DNA of 34,357 nt. It comes from Craspedostauros australis. Taxonomy: Eukaryota. Under the pieces are notes generated by a model, which saw only the letters and a list, made by a program, of their open reading frames with translations, was not told the origin of the DNA and ran no database searches. Position numbers and translations under genes: made by a program. The stretch lies in contig JALAGF010002628.1 in the NCBI GenBank assembly GCA_030167865.1, positions 1 through 34,357 of the forward strand. Reading direction: 5' to 3'. Of the stretch, positions 1 through 10,079 are shown piece by piece. The first letter of the stretch is position 1. Every line of letters starts with the position of its first letter.

Positions 1-6
1 CTCAAC

Positions 7-2004
7 GTGAAATGGGACAACGACGAGACGCAATGGTTCAGATACGACATCCTGAGGGCAGACCATCCCGAGATCGTAGCGAGATACATCATCGCAAACG
101 AACCGAAACGGCATGACAGACACAATCGGCAGTCGACAACAATGCTGAAATGGGCAAAGCACGCCGTGCGAGCGATCCGACGACGCATGAAACGCATCGA
201 GCGCACGCACCAATTCACAATTGACGACGACGATAACATCTCCATTCTGAGGCGCATACGGCCAGGGAAGAAGAAACCAAAGAAGGACTTCTTCGCCACC
301 GTGTTTCAGTACGGAGTGGAAGTGCCGCGCAACATGAAGCACGCACTCCAACTCGACNACGCGAATGGAAATACACTTTGGCGCGACGCAGCCAAGAAGG
401 AGATCGACGCTCTCATCGAGCTCGACTGCTTCGAGTTCCATCAATCCACTCATCAACCTTCCTCCGACTATCAGAGCACCAAGCTACGGCTAATCTTCGC
501 AGTCAAACAAGACCTGCGGCGCAAGGGGCGTCTGGTCGCCGGAGGCCACCTCATCGAACTCGCTGACAACATCAGGGTATACTCGTCCACGGTGAAGTCA
601 ACCAGTGTTCGGATACTTGACGTCATTGCAGACGCCAACAAGCTGAAGCAACTATGCGGCGATGTGGGCAATGCTTTCGTCAACGCATACACCAACGAGA
701 AGATCTACGCGAGAGCCGGAAAGGAATTCGACCACCGTGAGGGCCAAACAATCGTACTCAAGAAGGCGCTGTATGGACTCAGATCGAGTGCACAACGATT
801 CCACGCTCACTTCGCGAACACACTCTCGTCCATGGGGTTCTCCCCATCACGGCACGACCAAGATGTATGGATCAAGCTCAGAGACGACACTGGCTACGAT
901 TACATCTGCACGCATGTCGACGACTTCAAGATCGTGGCCAAGGATCCAGATCAATACATGAAGTCCATCCAACAGGTCTACACGATCAAAGACATTGGAC
1001 CACCCAAATACTATCTGGGCAACGACTACTCCAGGAATGCCAAAGGCAAATGGAGTGTCGGATGCGACAAGTACATCGCCAACGCGCTGGACAAAGTCGA
1101 GCGTCAACATGGCAAGCTGCACGAACAGCAAGTGCCGATGCGCAACAAGGATCATCCGGAGACGGACGATACCGAACTACTAACACCTGATGAGCACCAG
1201 CAGTTCCAGCAGCTTATCGGCATGCTGAACTGGGTCGTTCAACTTGGACGTTTCGACGTCGCCTTTGCAACATCTTCGCTTTCTCGATTCACTGCAGCAC
1301 CTCGAAAAGGACATCTTGTGCGAGCGCTCAAGATCTGGGGCTACCTCAAAGGAAAGTCCACACTCAGAACGCAAGTCGACTCCAGGCCCATGATACTTGA
1401 CAACTTCAACTCGACGCCTTCCAACCCAGAGCTGGTGGCACAAATGAAAGAAGAGTATCCTGAGGCAGCGGAGGAAATCGACGACCGATCGCCCAAGCCG
1501 ATTTACCCGGAACTGCCTATGTATGCATTCGTCGATGCGGACCACGCACACGATCTTGTCACACGGCGATCCAACACTGGGATCATACTATTCCTTGGCA
1601 GGACCCCTGTGTACTTCACGAGCAAGAGGCAAACATCGGTTACCACGTCAACGTACGGCGCGGAATTCAACGCTATGCGGTCAGTGACAGAGGAAATCAT
1701 TGCACTACGATACGCACTCCGATCGCTGGGAGTACGCGTCAAATCACCCGCGGTCACATTCTGTGACAACAATTCGGTAATCTCGAACACGACCATCGCA
1801 GACAGCCTACTGCAAAAGAAGCATGTGGCCATCTCATTCCATCGGGTCCGTGAGGCCGTCGGCGCCGGGATACTGGTCCCAGTACACGTACCCTCGGTCC
1901 ACAACTTCGCTGATATGCTCACCAAGGCATTGGCGAGGCCCCAACTAACACTTCTTGTCACCGCTCTCTTCTATCCGGGTCTACCTCGAGATCAAGGGGC
2001 GTGA
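7..2004 (+). CDS. pol: Copia Pol polyprotein, 5'-partial: linker, reverse transcriptase (RVT_2) and RNase H
   Basis: RT motifs RKGRLVAGGH, GDVGNAFVNA, LKKALYGLRSS, THVDDF, YYLG. RNase H motifs FVDADHA...RRSNTG, STYGAEF, FCDN, NFADMLTK. The frame is uninterrupted apart from one N. Confidence 0.95.
   Translation: MKWDNDETQWFRYDILRADHPEIVARYIIANEPKRHDRHNRQSTTMLKWAKHAVRAIRRRMKRIERTHQFTIDDDDNISILRRIRPGKKKPKKDFFATVFQYGVEVPRNMKHALQLDXANGNTLWRDAAKKEIDALIELDCFEFHQSTHQPSSDYQSTKLRLIFAVKQDLRRKGRLVAGGHLIELADNIRVYSSTVKSTSVRILDVIADANKLKQLCGDVGNAFVNAYTNEKIYARAGKEFDHREGQTIVLKKALYGLRSSAQRFHAHFANTLSSMGFSPSRHDQDVWIKLRDDTGYDYICTHVDDFKIVAKDPDQYMKSIQQVYTIKDIGPPKYYLGNDYSRNAKGKWSVGCDKYIANALDKVERQHGKLHEQQVPMRNKDHPETDDTELLTPDEHQQFQQLIGMLNWVVQLGRFDVAFATSSLSRFTAAPRKGHLVRALKIWGYLKGKSTLRTQVDSRPMILDNFNSTPSNPELVAQMKEEYPEAAEEIDDRSPKPIYPELPMYAFVDADHAHDLVTRRSNTGIILFLGRTPVYFTSKRQTSVTTSTYGAEFNAMRSVTEEIIALRYALRSLGVRVKSPAVTFCDNNSVISNTTIADSLLQKKHVAISFHRVREAVGAGILVPVHVPSVHNFADMLTKALARPQLTLLVTALFYPGLPRDQGA
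1988..2001 (+). other. Putative polypurine tract (PPT)
   Basis: gagatcaaggggcg lies immediately before TGACA at the end of pol, the canonical PPT position. Confidence 0.6.
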
Positions 2005-2166
2005 CAACTTTCTCTGTACCTTCTTACCTCTNNNNNNNNNNNNNNNNNNNNNNNNNNNNNNNNNNNNNNNNNNNTCGGACAACTCACAAATAAAGAACAA
2101 GAGCTCCGACCAGGGCACGCAACAACGGGCCAATACGTCTACAGTAGTTACTTGTGCACTTTGACA
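2002..2166 (+). repeat. Putative 3' LTR (TG...CA), interrupted by an assembly gap
   Basis: Starts TGACAAC after the PPT, contains AATAAA at 2089-2094 and ends TTGACA. The N-run at 2032-2074 hides the true length, and the 5' LTR is outside the window. Confidence 0.6.
2032..2074. other. Assembly gap (43 N)
   Basis: Run of n seen directly. Confidence 1.
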
Positions 2167-2168
2167 AA

Positions 2169-2252
2169 TACTACTACGACGAAGAGGAGATCGCCCAGTT
2201 CCGCAACGACGCCTTCATGGAGCAGTGCGGCCTGGATCCCAACGATTTCTAA
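2169..2252 (+). pseudogene. Orphan C-terminal coding fragment (YYYDEEEIAQFRNDAFMEQCGLDPNDF*) of a host gene interrupted by the Copia element
   Basis: C/G-ending codon bias like the neighbouring genes, a protein-like acidic helix and TAA at 2250-2252. It has no start of its own and begins right at the LTR end. Confidence 0.6.
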
Positions 2253-3843
2253 GGAGGGAGGGAAAGCAGCTCGCTCCATTCCTGAGCAGGGTGCAGGATG
2301 AAGAAGGGGATTGGAAGCAGCATGAAGGAAGCTAATTCCATTGCACATACACACGACATGCACGCCGCCCCAACTCATCCATACCCGTAAACACAAAGCA
2401 AATTTTAGCCAAGGAGCGAAGTGTCCACAACGCGATGTGGGCACCTAGCCCATGAACGGCAAGCGCGAAGCGCGCACATCATAGAAGCAAAGAAGCAACA
2501 AACGTACCAATAGAGACATAACAATAGAATCAACCACCACAATTCACGCGTAGTCCTGTAGCGCATTACCATGCATGTGAAACGCAAGCATACAGTCGAC
2601 ATTGATTCCCTTGACATATTCATCGCGATGCGTACTTGCAGGGCATCATCTCTAACCCAACCCCCTTGTCACGCACCCCGCGCTGGTGTCTCTCCATCGC
2701 AATCCACCAGAGAACTCTGCATCCACTTCTCGATGCCGTTTGTGTTTTTCTCGGGGTTTCTCATCACCACGGATGACCAGCAAATAAGATCTTGCCAATG
2801 GCAAACTACACCAACAAGGGTTCGTTGACACAAGTGAGATGATCCTCCACCAGTTGCCAGCACCGTATTTCATGGACGGAACGGCCATTCCAATGGTATG
2901 ATGCTTGGTCGGCCTTGTCATCAGATTTGATCCCCTCTTTTCTGGTATTCGCACGGGAGGAGACGCCATGACCGTTGGTCGTAAACATGTGCGGATAGAC
3001 ACAGTCATCACAACAACGCAAAGACAAAGGACGTTCATGCTGACCGAAAGAGAGCCGAAAAGGCATCGGAAGGTTACGCATGTGACGCCGAAAGGTTACA
3101 CACGTTCTTTTATCTGTGGTCATGGCTGCCACGTTGTGGGATGCAGCAATTGTGCGCGGCATCAGTAGTCGCAAGATCCTTGCGGTAGTTCCTCTTGTGC
3201 ACATCAACGGAGGCATCGGACGAGATTCATCCGCCACCTCCTTGCGAAACTCGATTGCATCTATCCTGTGATGACCAGTCTATGTTCTGGCGTCGGATAG
3301 AACTTCGGACAAACGTTGTATTCCAACTGGGACGCTCTTGCATGTTGGTATACTTGGAGAGTACCAAGAAGCACGTCGACGGAGTACCCCCAAGATGGGG
3401 CAGCAACTCTCTCCTCGGGGAGAGGAAACGGAGATAGAGCAGATCTTTGACCGATCACGCTCCATTCAACGCTCCATCCGCTCTGTTGTGCTCCATCAGA
3501 TTCGCAAACTGCCAACTTTATCCTGCATATTCAATCAGGATATCCTCTTGGCTTGGAATTGAATGGTCTTGCTTTGGGATGAGCGGAAGCTGCGCCGTCT
3601 TCCTCGAACTGGTCCAACGGGGATTGCACGACGTAGTAGATCTCCCTGCATGGAAACATCCCTTGTGATTGAGTCCAAGATCATAGAGCTCTGTACTGAT
3701 TTTGATAGAGTGAGATTGCTAGTTTACTGGCATTTCTGTCCTGTCGAGACGCGCAGACCAGACCAGATGCCAACGTTTGTCATAAGGTCGGAAGCGGTGC
3801 GACATGATGCGATGCTCGGCTTCGAGTCGGTTACGACTTGTGC

Positions 3844-4597
3844 CTACTCGTCATCGTCATCGTCATCGTCATCATCATCGTCGTCGTCATCATCGTCATC
3901 CTGTTCGACGTTGGAGACCGTGATGCGATTTGCAGATAGATGCGCATGTTCATGAGTATGGAGTATTATTTGAGCAGATGCGGATACAAATGGCAATATT
4001 GGGTAAGATGGAGCATGGTGGGTTAACATATGTGGAGCGTAGAATGGGATATGTAAGGAGGAATGGAAGGATTCTCCAGCACCATACGCATCATATCGTA
4101 TGCACACAAAACAAGAGGTCATCCAGAACGGCTGGTGGGGTTCTTACCTCATCATCATCGTCGTCGTCGTCATCATCATCATCGTCGTCTCCTGGAATGG
4201 TGGCTCTGTCGGCAAACTTCTGCCACAGCTCCGTTCGCTCTTCCTCCACCATGGCCTGGTAATGCTTTCCAAATTCAAAGTCGGTGAATCCCTTCTCCGC
4301 CAGCTTGAGACGAGCCTCGGCCTCAGGTCTGGCCCAGCTCTCGATGGAGGACTCCGGCGTGAAGGCGATGATGCAGGTCTGCAGGATGGCGGCAACGCCG
4401 TAGTAGAAGTAGGTGGGCATCTCCCAGCCTTCCGACACGACCTTGGGGTCATGGCCGTGCCACAGGGGGGCATTCTGCGACTGGGGCACCGGCATGTCAC
4501 CGCCGAATCGCTTGCCGACCTTCGTCGCCGTCTTGTTGGCGCCGCGTGCTGCCGATCGGCGGCCGTTTGCGGCGATTGCTTGTCTCAGCGCGAACAT
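3844..4597 (-). CDS. NDUFB11: Mitochondrial complex I subunit NDUFB11/ESSS-like, 2 exons (4597-4148, 3900-3844), 168 aa with poly-Asp tail
   Basis: Arg/Ala-rich presequence MFALRQAIAANGRRSAAR. EGWE + single TM + PESSIESWARPEAEARL matches the ESSS family pattern. Phase-0 intron GTAAGA(4147)...AACAG(3901). Confidence 0.78.
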
Positions 4598-5664
4598 GAT
4601 GGTGCGACGTGTGTGTTTAGAGTCGTTTGGATCAGGATACAATGGAGCGAAACAAGTTGCTGGTGCTCGGTTTCAAACGCCTGCAGAGTGGATGGGTTGG
4701 TGAGTCGTCTGGTCGATGGATGGATCCGTCAACCAAGGAGCGCAGCAGATGTGACAAACAGGGAGCGGTGATGGTGGTGATGGCTGTGATGATTGTGGTG
4801 GAGTCGCCCATTGTCGCCTTTCTGCTCTCGTTCTCGTTGTTGCTGTTGTTGTTTCTTGGCGATGGCCGATCATTGCGTTTGCTGTTCTTGCGTGTGGTCG
4901 ATGTAATCGAAGCAAATCAGCCAGGGAGTTGTAGTCCGGTGAGTCGCCAATCACGAAACGTGTCACATCATCCGCGTTTCGCCATCACTCATCTCGATTT
5001 GGTTTTGCGCAACAATCGCGCCTCGACTCAGATGAGGCCTCCTTCTGCCACCAAGGCATCAAGAGACGGCTGACGGGATCATCGCAGTCCGCTCCGTCGG
5101 AAGGAGAGAGTCGGCATCATCGTGAGCCGGAGTGGTATCATATCAGAATAGCTCGTTGAGCACCATAATCGCATGCGATTATTACATCCACTCAAGTTCA
5201 CTGTCCCTGCCGCAATCAGACGCTGAACGTGGATTTCACCTGCCAATCGCATTCGATTGTCAGTGCTGTTGCTGGAGTGCACACATCACGCGCGGCGCAA
5301 CAGAAAAGCCTCGGGTTTGGATTGATCGCACTGCTCCACTGGTCGCACTGATCCACTGACTTGCTGATCTATTATATAATACGTACGAGCAGCCAGCCAC
5401 ATCTATCCACAACTTCCTTGGACTCCATCTCTCCAGTTCATTCAGCTTGCTGCTTCGTCGTCACAGATGGTGTTCGTCGATGGAGGATGTTCAGCGGCGG
5501 CGTCGGCAGTGCTGGCGCCGTTGCCAATGATGGGCGGAATCATTCGAGTATCACAGCACATCGCAGCAATGCACGCTTTCATGATACCCATGATGTCCCA
5601 GATCGCTGCCACCATCGAGACAGATGGAAGTACTATCACGCACCGTGTGAGCGGCAGGAGCAGA

Positions 5665-6384
5665 ATGTCGCGAAAGCATACAAGTATTCAAGACAGCAAC
5701 AGCAGCAGCAGCAACAACAACAACAACAACAACAACATTGATGATGGCGACAATGCAAACAAGCACACGGACAATCGCAGGGATGTTGCCGCTGGCATCC
5801 GAAGATCTCCATACAAGCGCATCTCAGCATCGGCATCAGCACTATCGACGGCGAGAGCAGGATCATTCGTCGTGGACTCAGCAGACAGTCTTTTTGTGCG
5901 CAAGTACCGCCAATTCCAACGTCTGCCTCATACAGTACGATACGCCATGGCCGGCGCCATCGGCACTGCTGTCTTTTACTACGTGGAGAAGGCCGTCTAC
6001 GACCTCGTTGCATCGCTGCCGTCTGATACCACCACTTCCGCCGACAGCTTCTTCGTCAAGTATCTGGAGACGGTGTCGTTCAATGCCGCGTACCTAGTCT
6101 CGATCGTGCCGCAGCACGTACTGAACGCGGTCTTCTGCTACGGGATGGACACTATCAACACGAGACGGAAGTACTGGTCCACCTTGATAGGGACGTACTC
6201 CGCGCTGGGATTCACGTTGGCCTTGTCCACCATCATCAACATCCTTCTCATCCAGGGGCTGCGCGTCAAGAAGGATTCCGCATTGGGCTTGACCTTGGGC
6301 GCAGGTGCGGTCCTCAACTACGTCCTGCTGACGTACATCATCAATGACGATGAGAAAGGTGACAAGCAAGCCAAGATCGAGTAG
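5665..6384 (+). CDS. GtrA-like integral membrane protein (about 4 TM); start uncertain (alternatives up to 5467)
   Basis: RYAMAGAIGTAVFY, AAYLVSIVPQHVLNAVFCY and GAVLNYVLL fit the GtrA pattern. N-terminal poly-Ser/Asn. Confidence 0.7.
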   Translation: MSRKHTSIQDSNSSSSNNNNNNNNIDDGDNANKHTDNRRDVAAGIRRSPYKRISASASALSTARAGSFVVDSADSLFVRKYRQFQRLPHTVRYAMAGAIGTAVFYYVEKAVYDLVASLPSDTTTSADSFFVKYLETVSFNAAYLVSIVPQHVLNAVFCYGMDTINTRRKYWSTLIGTYSALGFTLALSTIINILLIQGLRVKKDSALGLTLGAGAVLNYVLLTYIINDDEKGDKQAKIE

Positions 6385-7309
6385 TGTCTCCATTCATGCA
6401 GATAGACAACAATCGATACGGCAAAACACTCGCACCTACAATAGAGTAGAATATGCTACACATCCTATTGTTAATAAGAGGAGCAGAACAAGCAGAGAGA
6501 ATCTCGAGTTGAAGCATGTGGTTGGCAGTCGCTTTAGTCGTCCGAATCGTCGACTTCGTTTGTTTCTGTGTTGTGGCGTCTCGTCGCGTTGCGGCTCATA
6601 CAAGATCCAGCAACATTGATGGAGACTCAGAACAAGAAAAGGAACAGCTTGATCGTCACACCAAACGGGAGCAGACGCTGAGATGCTGGTGAAGGCGGCA
6701 TTCCCCCGACGTATTTTGCTATGCTACAGTATCTTGCTACCATCAAGTTTGGCCCGTTGTAACGTTGTTAAGTGGACCGCATGCCATTCCATTCCCATTC
6801 GATTCCACTTCATTCGATTCATATCCAGTCCAGTGATCGTGCCTTTGATACACCAAATACCTCACATAACATTGAGCACGTTCCCGCATATCCAGTTTTG
6901 GGTGGAGTGGGGGATAGTAATCCACATGCAACGGCCGGCGATGAGCACTTCGCACCTGTTGACGTGGCACGCATGGTTGTTGCAGTCGTAGCGAGATGAA
7001 AGTCGTTGTGCAACGTCGGAATCGGAGCGCTGCACGATCGTGCATCCAAAGTCGTGGTTGCCGCGCCCTTTCCTTCATCGGCCGTGCTTCATGGCAGCGC
7101 CATTTTGCTGATGGATGTTGCAGTTGGAGCTCACGCCTGTAAATACGGATAGAATAGAGCGTCTGTACCGTCCCATACCACGCCATTCCATTTAACTGCA
7201 TTGGCGTAGTACAAGATGCAGGACAGAGCAGATACGCGACCGAGTTCCAAAATTGGCCAACCAATGAACAAACCATCCATGCCACCATGCACGCATGCAT
7301 ATTCACCGC

Positions 7310-8407
7310 TCACCCAAATTGGTTGCTGTACATGGATATCTTCTTGAGTCCCTTCATTTTGGAAAAGTTGGCGGCCAGCAACGATACCCCTTCCCCGGTG
7401 ATCTTGTTGTGGTTGAGCATGAGTTCCTCGAGGCTTGAATTCTCCGTGAGCGCGGCCGCGATGTGCGCCAGATGTCCGTCGTCGATGGAATCGTTGTCGA
7501 GATCCAGCACGCGCAGCGTCGTGTTCTTGGCCAGCGCGCTGCAGAGCCAGTTGATGTCGAAGTTCTCGCCGTCGCCGACGTGCTGGTAGGACAGGTCGAG
7601 GACCTGTATGCTGGTGTTCTTGTGCTTGACGACGTTGGTGATGGCCTGCAGACCGCGACCGCGGCATTTGTTCCCGAATATCTTGAGCTCCTGCAGGGCC
7701 GGATGTTCCTCCAGCGCGCCGATGAGCTGCGCGATCTGCTCGTCGTTGAGGCCGCATCTGGAGAAGCTGCAGCTCTTGATGGACTTGTTCTGCTTGAGGG
7801 CGGACGACAGCGGCGTGACCGTGGTGGAGAGATCGAGCAAATCCAGCTGCAGCTTCTCCAAACGGTTGCTGAAGCCCAGCATGCCGAGGCCGTTGGATGC
7901 GTGCGGCGTCATTTTGAGGCTTCCCAACGTCAAGGCTTGCACGTTGTCGATGGCGATGATGGTCGCTATGCACGTGTCGACGTGGGATCCCGAGCACTCC
8001 TCGATCGCGATGCTCTCCCACCTGGCCTTCTGGCGCAGCATGTCGACTGCCACGCCTTCCCAGGTCCGCGCGTAGCCTCGCAGGAGGTTGACGAATGCGG
8101 TCGCCACGCGTTCCCCAATCTTGACGTCCTTGATGGCGATGTGCAGCGCCGTGATGTCCTGATTGGCCTTGACGAGGGATTCGACGGCGCTGCCGCTGAC
8201 TATCTTGACCGTGGTGCCCGGTTTGGAGGCACTGTTGCTTGCAGCGCCGCCGGTATTGTTGCCGCTGCTGGCGTTGGCTGCCGCTGCGCCATTCGCAGCA
8301 CCGTTGGCCCCGTTGGCATTCCCATTGTGCTTCGACGACCGCCTCGCCGCTCCGTTGGACTTGCCCCCGCCTGCTGCGCCGCCGTTGCCGCCGTTCCCAC
8401 GAAACAT
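7310..8407 (-). CDS. RNI-like leucine-rich repeat protein (NLRC3-like LRRs) with Gly/Ala/Asn-rich N-terminus
   Basis: ~28-aa repeats ALKQNKSIKSCSFSRCGL, ALEEHPALQELKIFGN, ALAKNTTLRVLDLDND, ALTENSSLEELMLNHNKI. The stop overlaps a possible donor (GG/GTGAGC), so a further exon is possible. Confidence 0.85.
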   Translation of the reverse strand: MFRGNGGNGGAAGGGKSNGAARRSSKHNGNANGANGAANGAAAANASSGNNTGGAASNSASKPGTTVKIVSGSAVESLVKANQDITALHIAIKDVKIGERVATAFVNLLRGYARTWEGVAVDMLRQKARWESIAIEECSGSHVDTCIATIIAIDNVQALTLGSLKMTPHASNGLGMLGFSNRLEKLQLDLLDLSTTVTPLSSALKQNKSIKSCSFSRCGLNDEQIAQLIGALEEHPALQELKIFGNKCRGRGLQAITNVVKHKNTSIQVLDLSYQHVGDGENFDINWLCSALAKNTTLRVLDLDNDSIDDGHLAHIAAALTENSSLEELMLNHNKITGEGVSLLAANFSKMKGLKKISMYSNQFG

Positions 8408-9443
8408 GGGTTCTTCGGTTCTTCTCGTGCGCGCTCTTCTCGATCACTCTGATGGCCTCGATTCAATTGAATTGAGCTGAGCTGGATTGACCTGAGCTGA
8501 TTTGTATTCTGTGCGACCTCCTCGTATTCGCAGGTATAGCGACAATGTGAGAAGTCGAATCGAAAAAGTCAAACGTGGATTGGCTTTTGCAAGTTGTGCG
8601 TTTGTGTGGAGTGACACCCACGGTGGCTGATGCTCTCCTTCCTTCTTTCCTTCTCTCGCTCTTTGCCAAGAGGCTTCGTGCGCTATTGATCGCAGCAGCA
8701 GCGCTGTTCCTGTCTTTGCGCTCGATCTTGCCTCAACTCGGAACGAACTTCGCCGTTCGTATTGCTCCTGAATCTTCACGTGCCGAATGGACTTCTGCTA
8801 TTGATGCTATTGATGTTATCGGTGCTGTTGATGCTGCCAAATGGTATGCGATCTATTCTGTGATGCTGTATAGTATCTGCCAACTCTATCTGCTCGAATG
8901 GCTTCTGCTCTGTGCCTGTCTCTTCTGCCGTCGTCGGACACTCCTAATGAGCGAAGGGGGGACTGTGTTGAATGAGAATGGAATTGCAACCGCAGAGAGG
9001 GAGACAGATGATCTGCTCAGTCGTTTGGCCATCGTCGCTGCTTTTCTTGTGTCTCTTGTGGCGGCAGTTGCCCAAAATACAACCAACACAAACGACAAAA
9101 ACCGTAACAGGCGAACTTCACGACGGATTAACAACTGGGCCAAAAAAGAACACAAAAACATCTTTTTCAACGGAGCAAGTGGTCGGAGAAGTCGTTGGCA
9201 GATGGAGACGTGATTCAAAGTGTTTCTGACATTCGTGATCCAACTGGATCTTTCACACAAGAACATGGGCACCAAGTTGATGGGTTGCGAGATCTTCCGG
9301 TGACGGCTCCATGACACTACTACCTATGCGCGCAGTCGTTGATTTTGCAGCCAACACGTGCTGCGTATTCTTGACCTCCCCAGATAGTGCACACACGGAG
9401 TCCACCGAACTCTTTGAACGCAAACCAAGGAGACAACGAAGCC

Positions 9444-9917
9444 ATGACATCAATCCGATCGGCCGCCACTCGGACCTGGCATGCCCCGCTGCGTCTTGTA
9501 GTGCTCCTGACGTTCGTCTTGACATCGGTGTCGGCACTGGCATCGACAAACGGCAACAAAGTCGCGACACGCATGAACCGACGCGCGTGGTTGGCCATTG
9601 CTGCGACCATCGTGGCAACGCCCGCGCATGCCGCCGATATGGAGCCGCAGCCGTTGACGCCACTGACGGATGAAGAGATGGAGGCACGCGTGGCGCGCAA
9701 GATGGAGCTCATGAAGAAGGCAGCGCGTGGTCAGGCGCCCTACGTCTCTGCCATGGATGTGCGCTCCGACGTCAATCCCGAGGCCAGCGACAACCTGCGG
9801 TCGCGATCCTACGTGGAGAATGCCAAGATGGCGATCCAGAAGCAAGAGGAGATGAAGTCTCGCGATAAGCAAAAGAAGAGAGATGATCTGTGCGAGATGC
9901 TTGGTCGGGGTTGTTGA
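9444..9917 (+). CDS. Small unknown plastid protein, predicted thylakoid lumen (signal peptide + Tat motif)
   Basis: Hydrophobic signal LVVLLTFVLTSVSA-L, then NRRAWLAIAATIVATPAHA-A (twin Arg, hydrophobic stretch, AxA). Charged helical mature part ending CEMLGRGC. Strong codon bias. Confidence 0.75.
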   Translation: MTSIRSAATRTWHAPLRLVVLLTFVLTSVSALASTNGNKVATRMNRRAWLAIAATIVATPAHAADMEPQPLTPLTDEEMEARVARKMELMKKAARGQAPYVSAMDVRSDVNPEASDNLRSRSYVENAKMAIQKQEEMKSRDKQKKRDDLCEMLGRGC

Positions 9918-10079
9918 TCTTTCACATACGAGTACGAACTATTAAATAGAATAATATAATGGCGCTATCATCAATTAGATTATATTGTGTACTATTTCTA
10001 GAGAGAGAGCGCTGCTAGCAATTCTGAATCGTATCATTCCGTTGCACCATAATTGCACAAGTGAACGAGACCTGTCACT

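Larger units (their letters stand above)
7..2166 (+). mobile_element. Ty1/copia LTR retrotransposon, 3' portion (CoDi-like), truncated by the window start
   Basis: Copia-type pol ORF, then a purine-rich tract (gagatcaagggg) and a TG-starting segment at 2002. That segment ends ...ttgaCA at 2166, where a gene-like reading frame begins. Confidence 0.88.

Noticed and set aside
2400..3750. Several 60-143 aa ORFs on both strands, possibly a decayed gene or TE
   Set aside because: No recognisable motif, no consistent codon bias and frequent stops.
6743..7140. Possible extra exon of the LRR gene after a TTTACAG acceptor near 7138
   Set aside because: The spliced frame reads as non-protein-like, so the in-frame TGA at 7310 is the simpler end.
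7131..8480. Long overlapping ORFs (438 aa minus, 329 aa plus)
   Set aside because: Shadow frames of the GC3-rich LRR gene. The same applies to the antisense ORFs over the kinase and PPR genes.
8575..9317. 212-aa and 143-aa ORFs between divergent genes
   Set aside because: Low-complexity promoter/UTR-like sequence with no domain.
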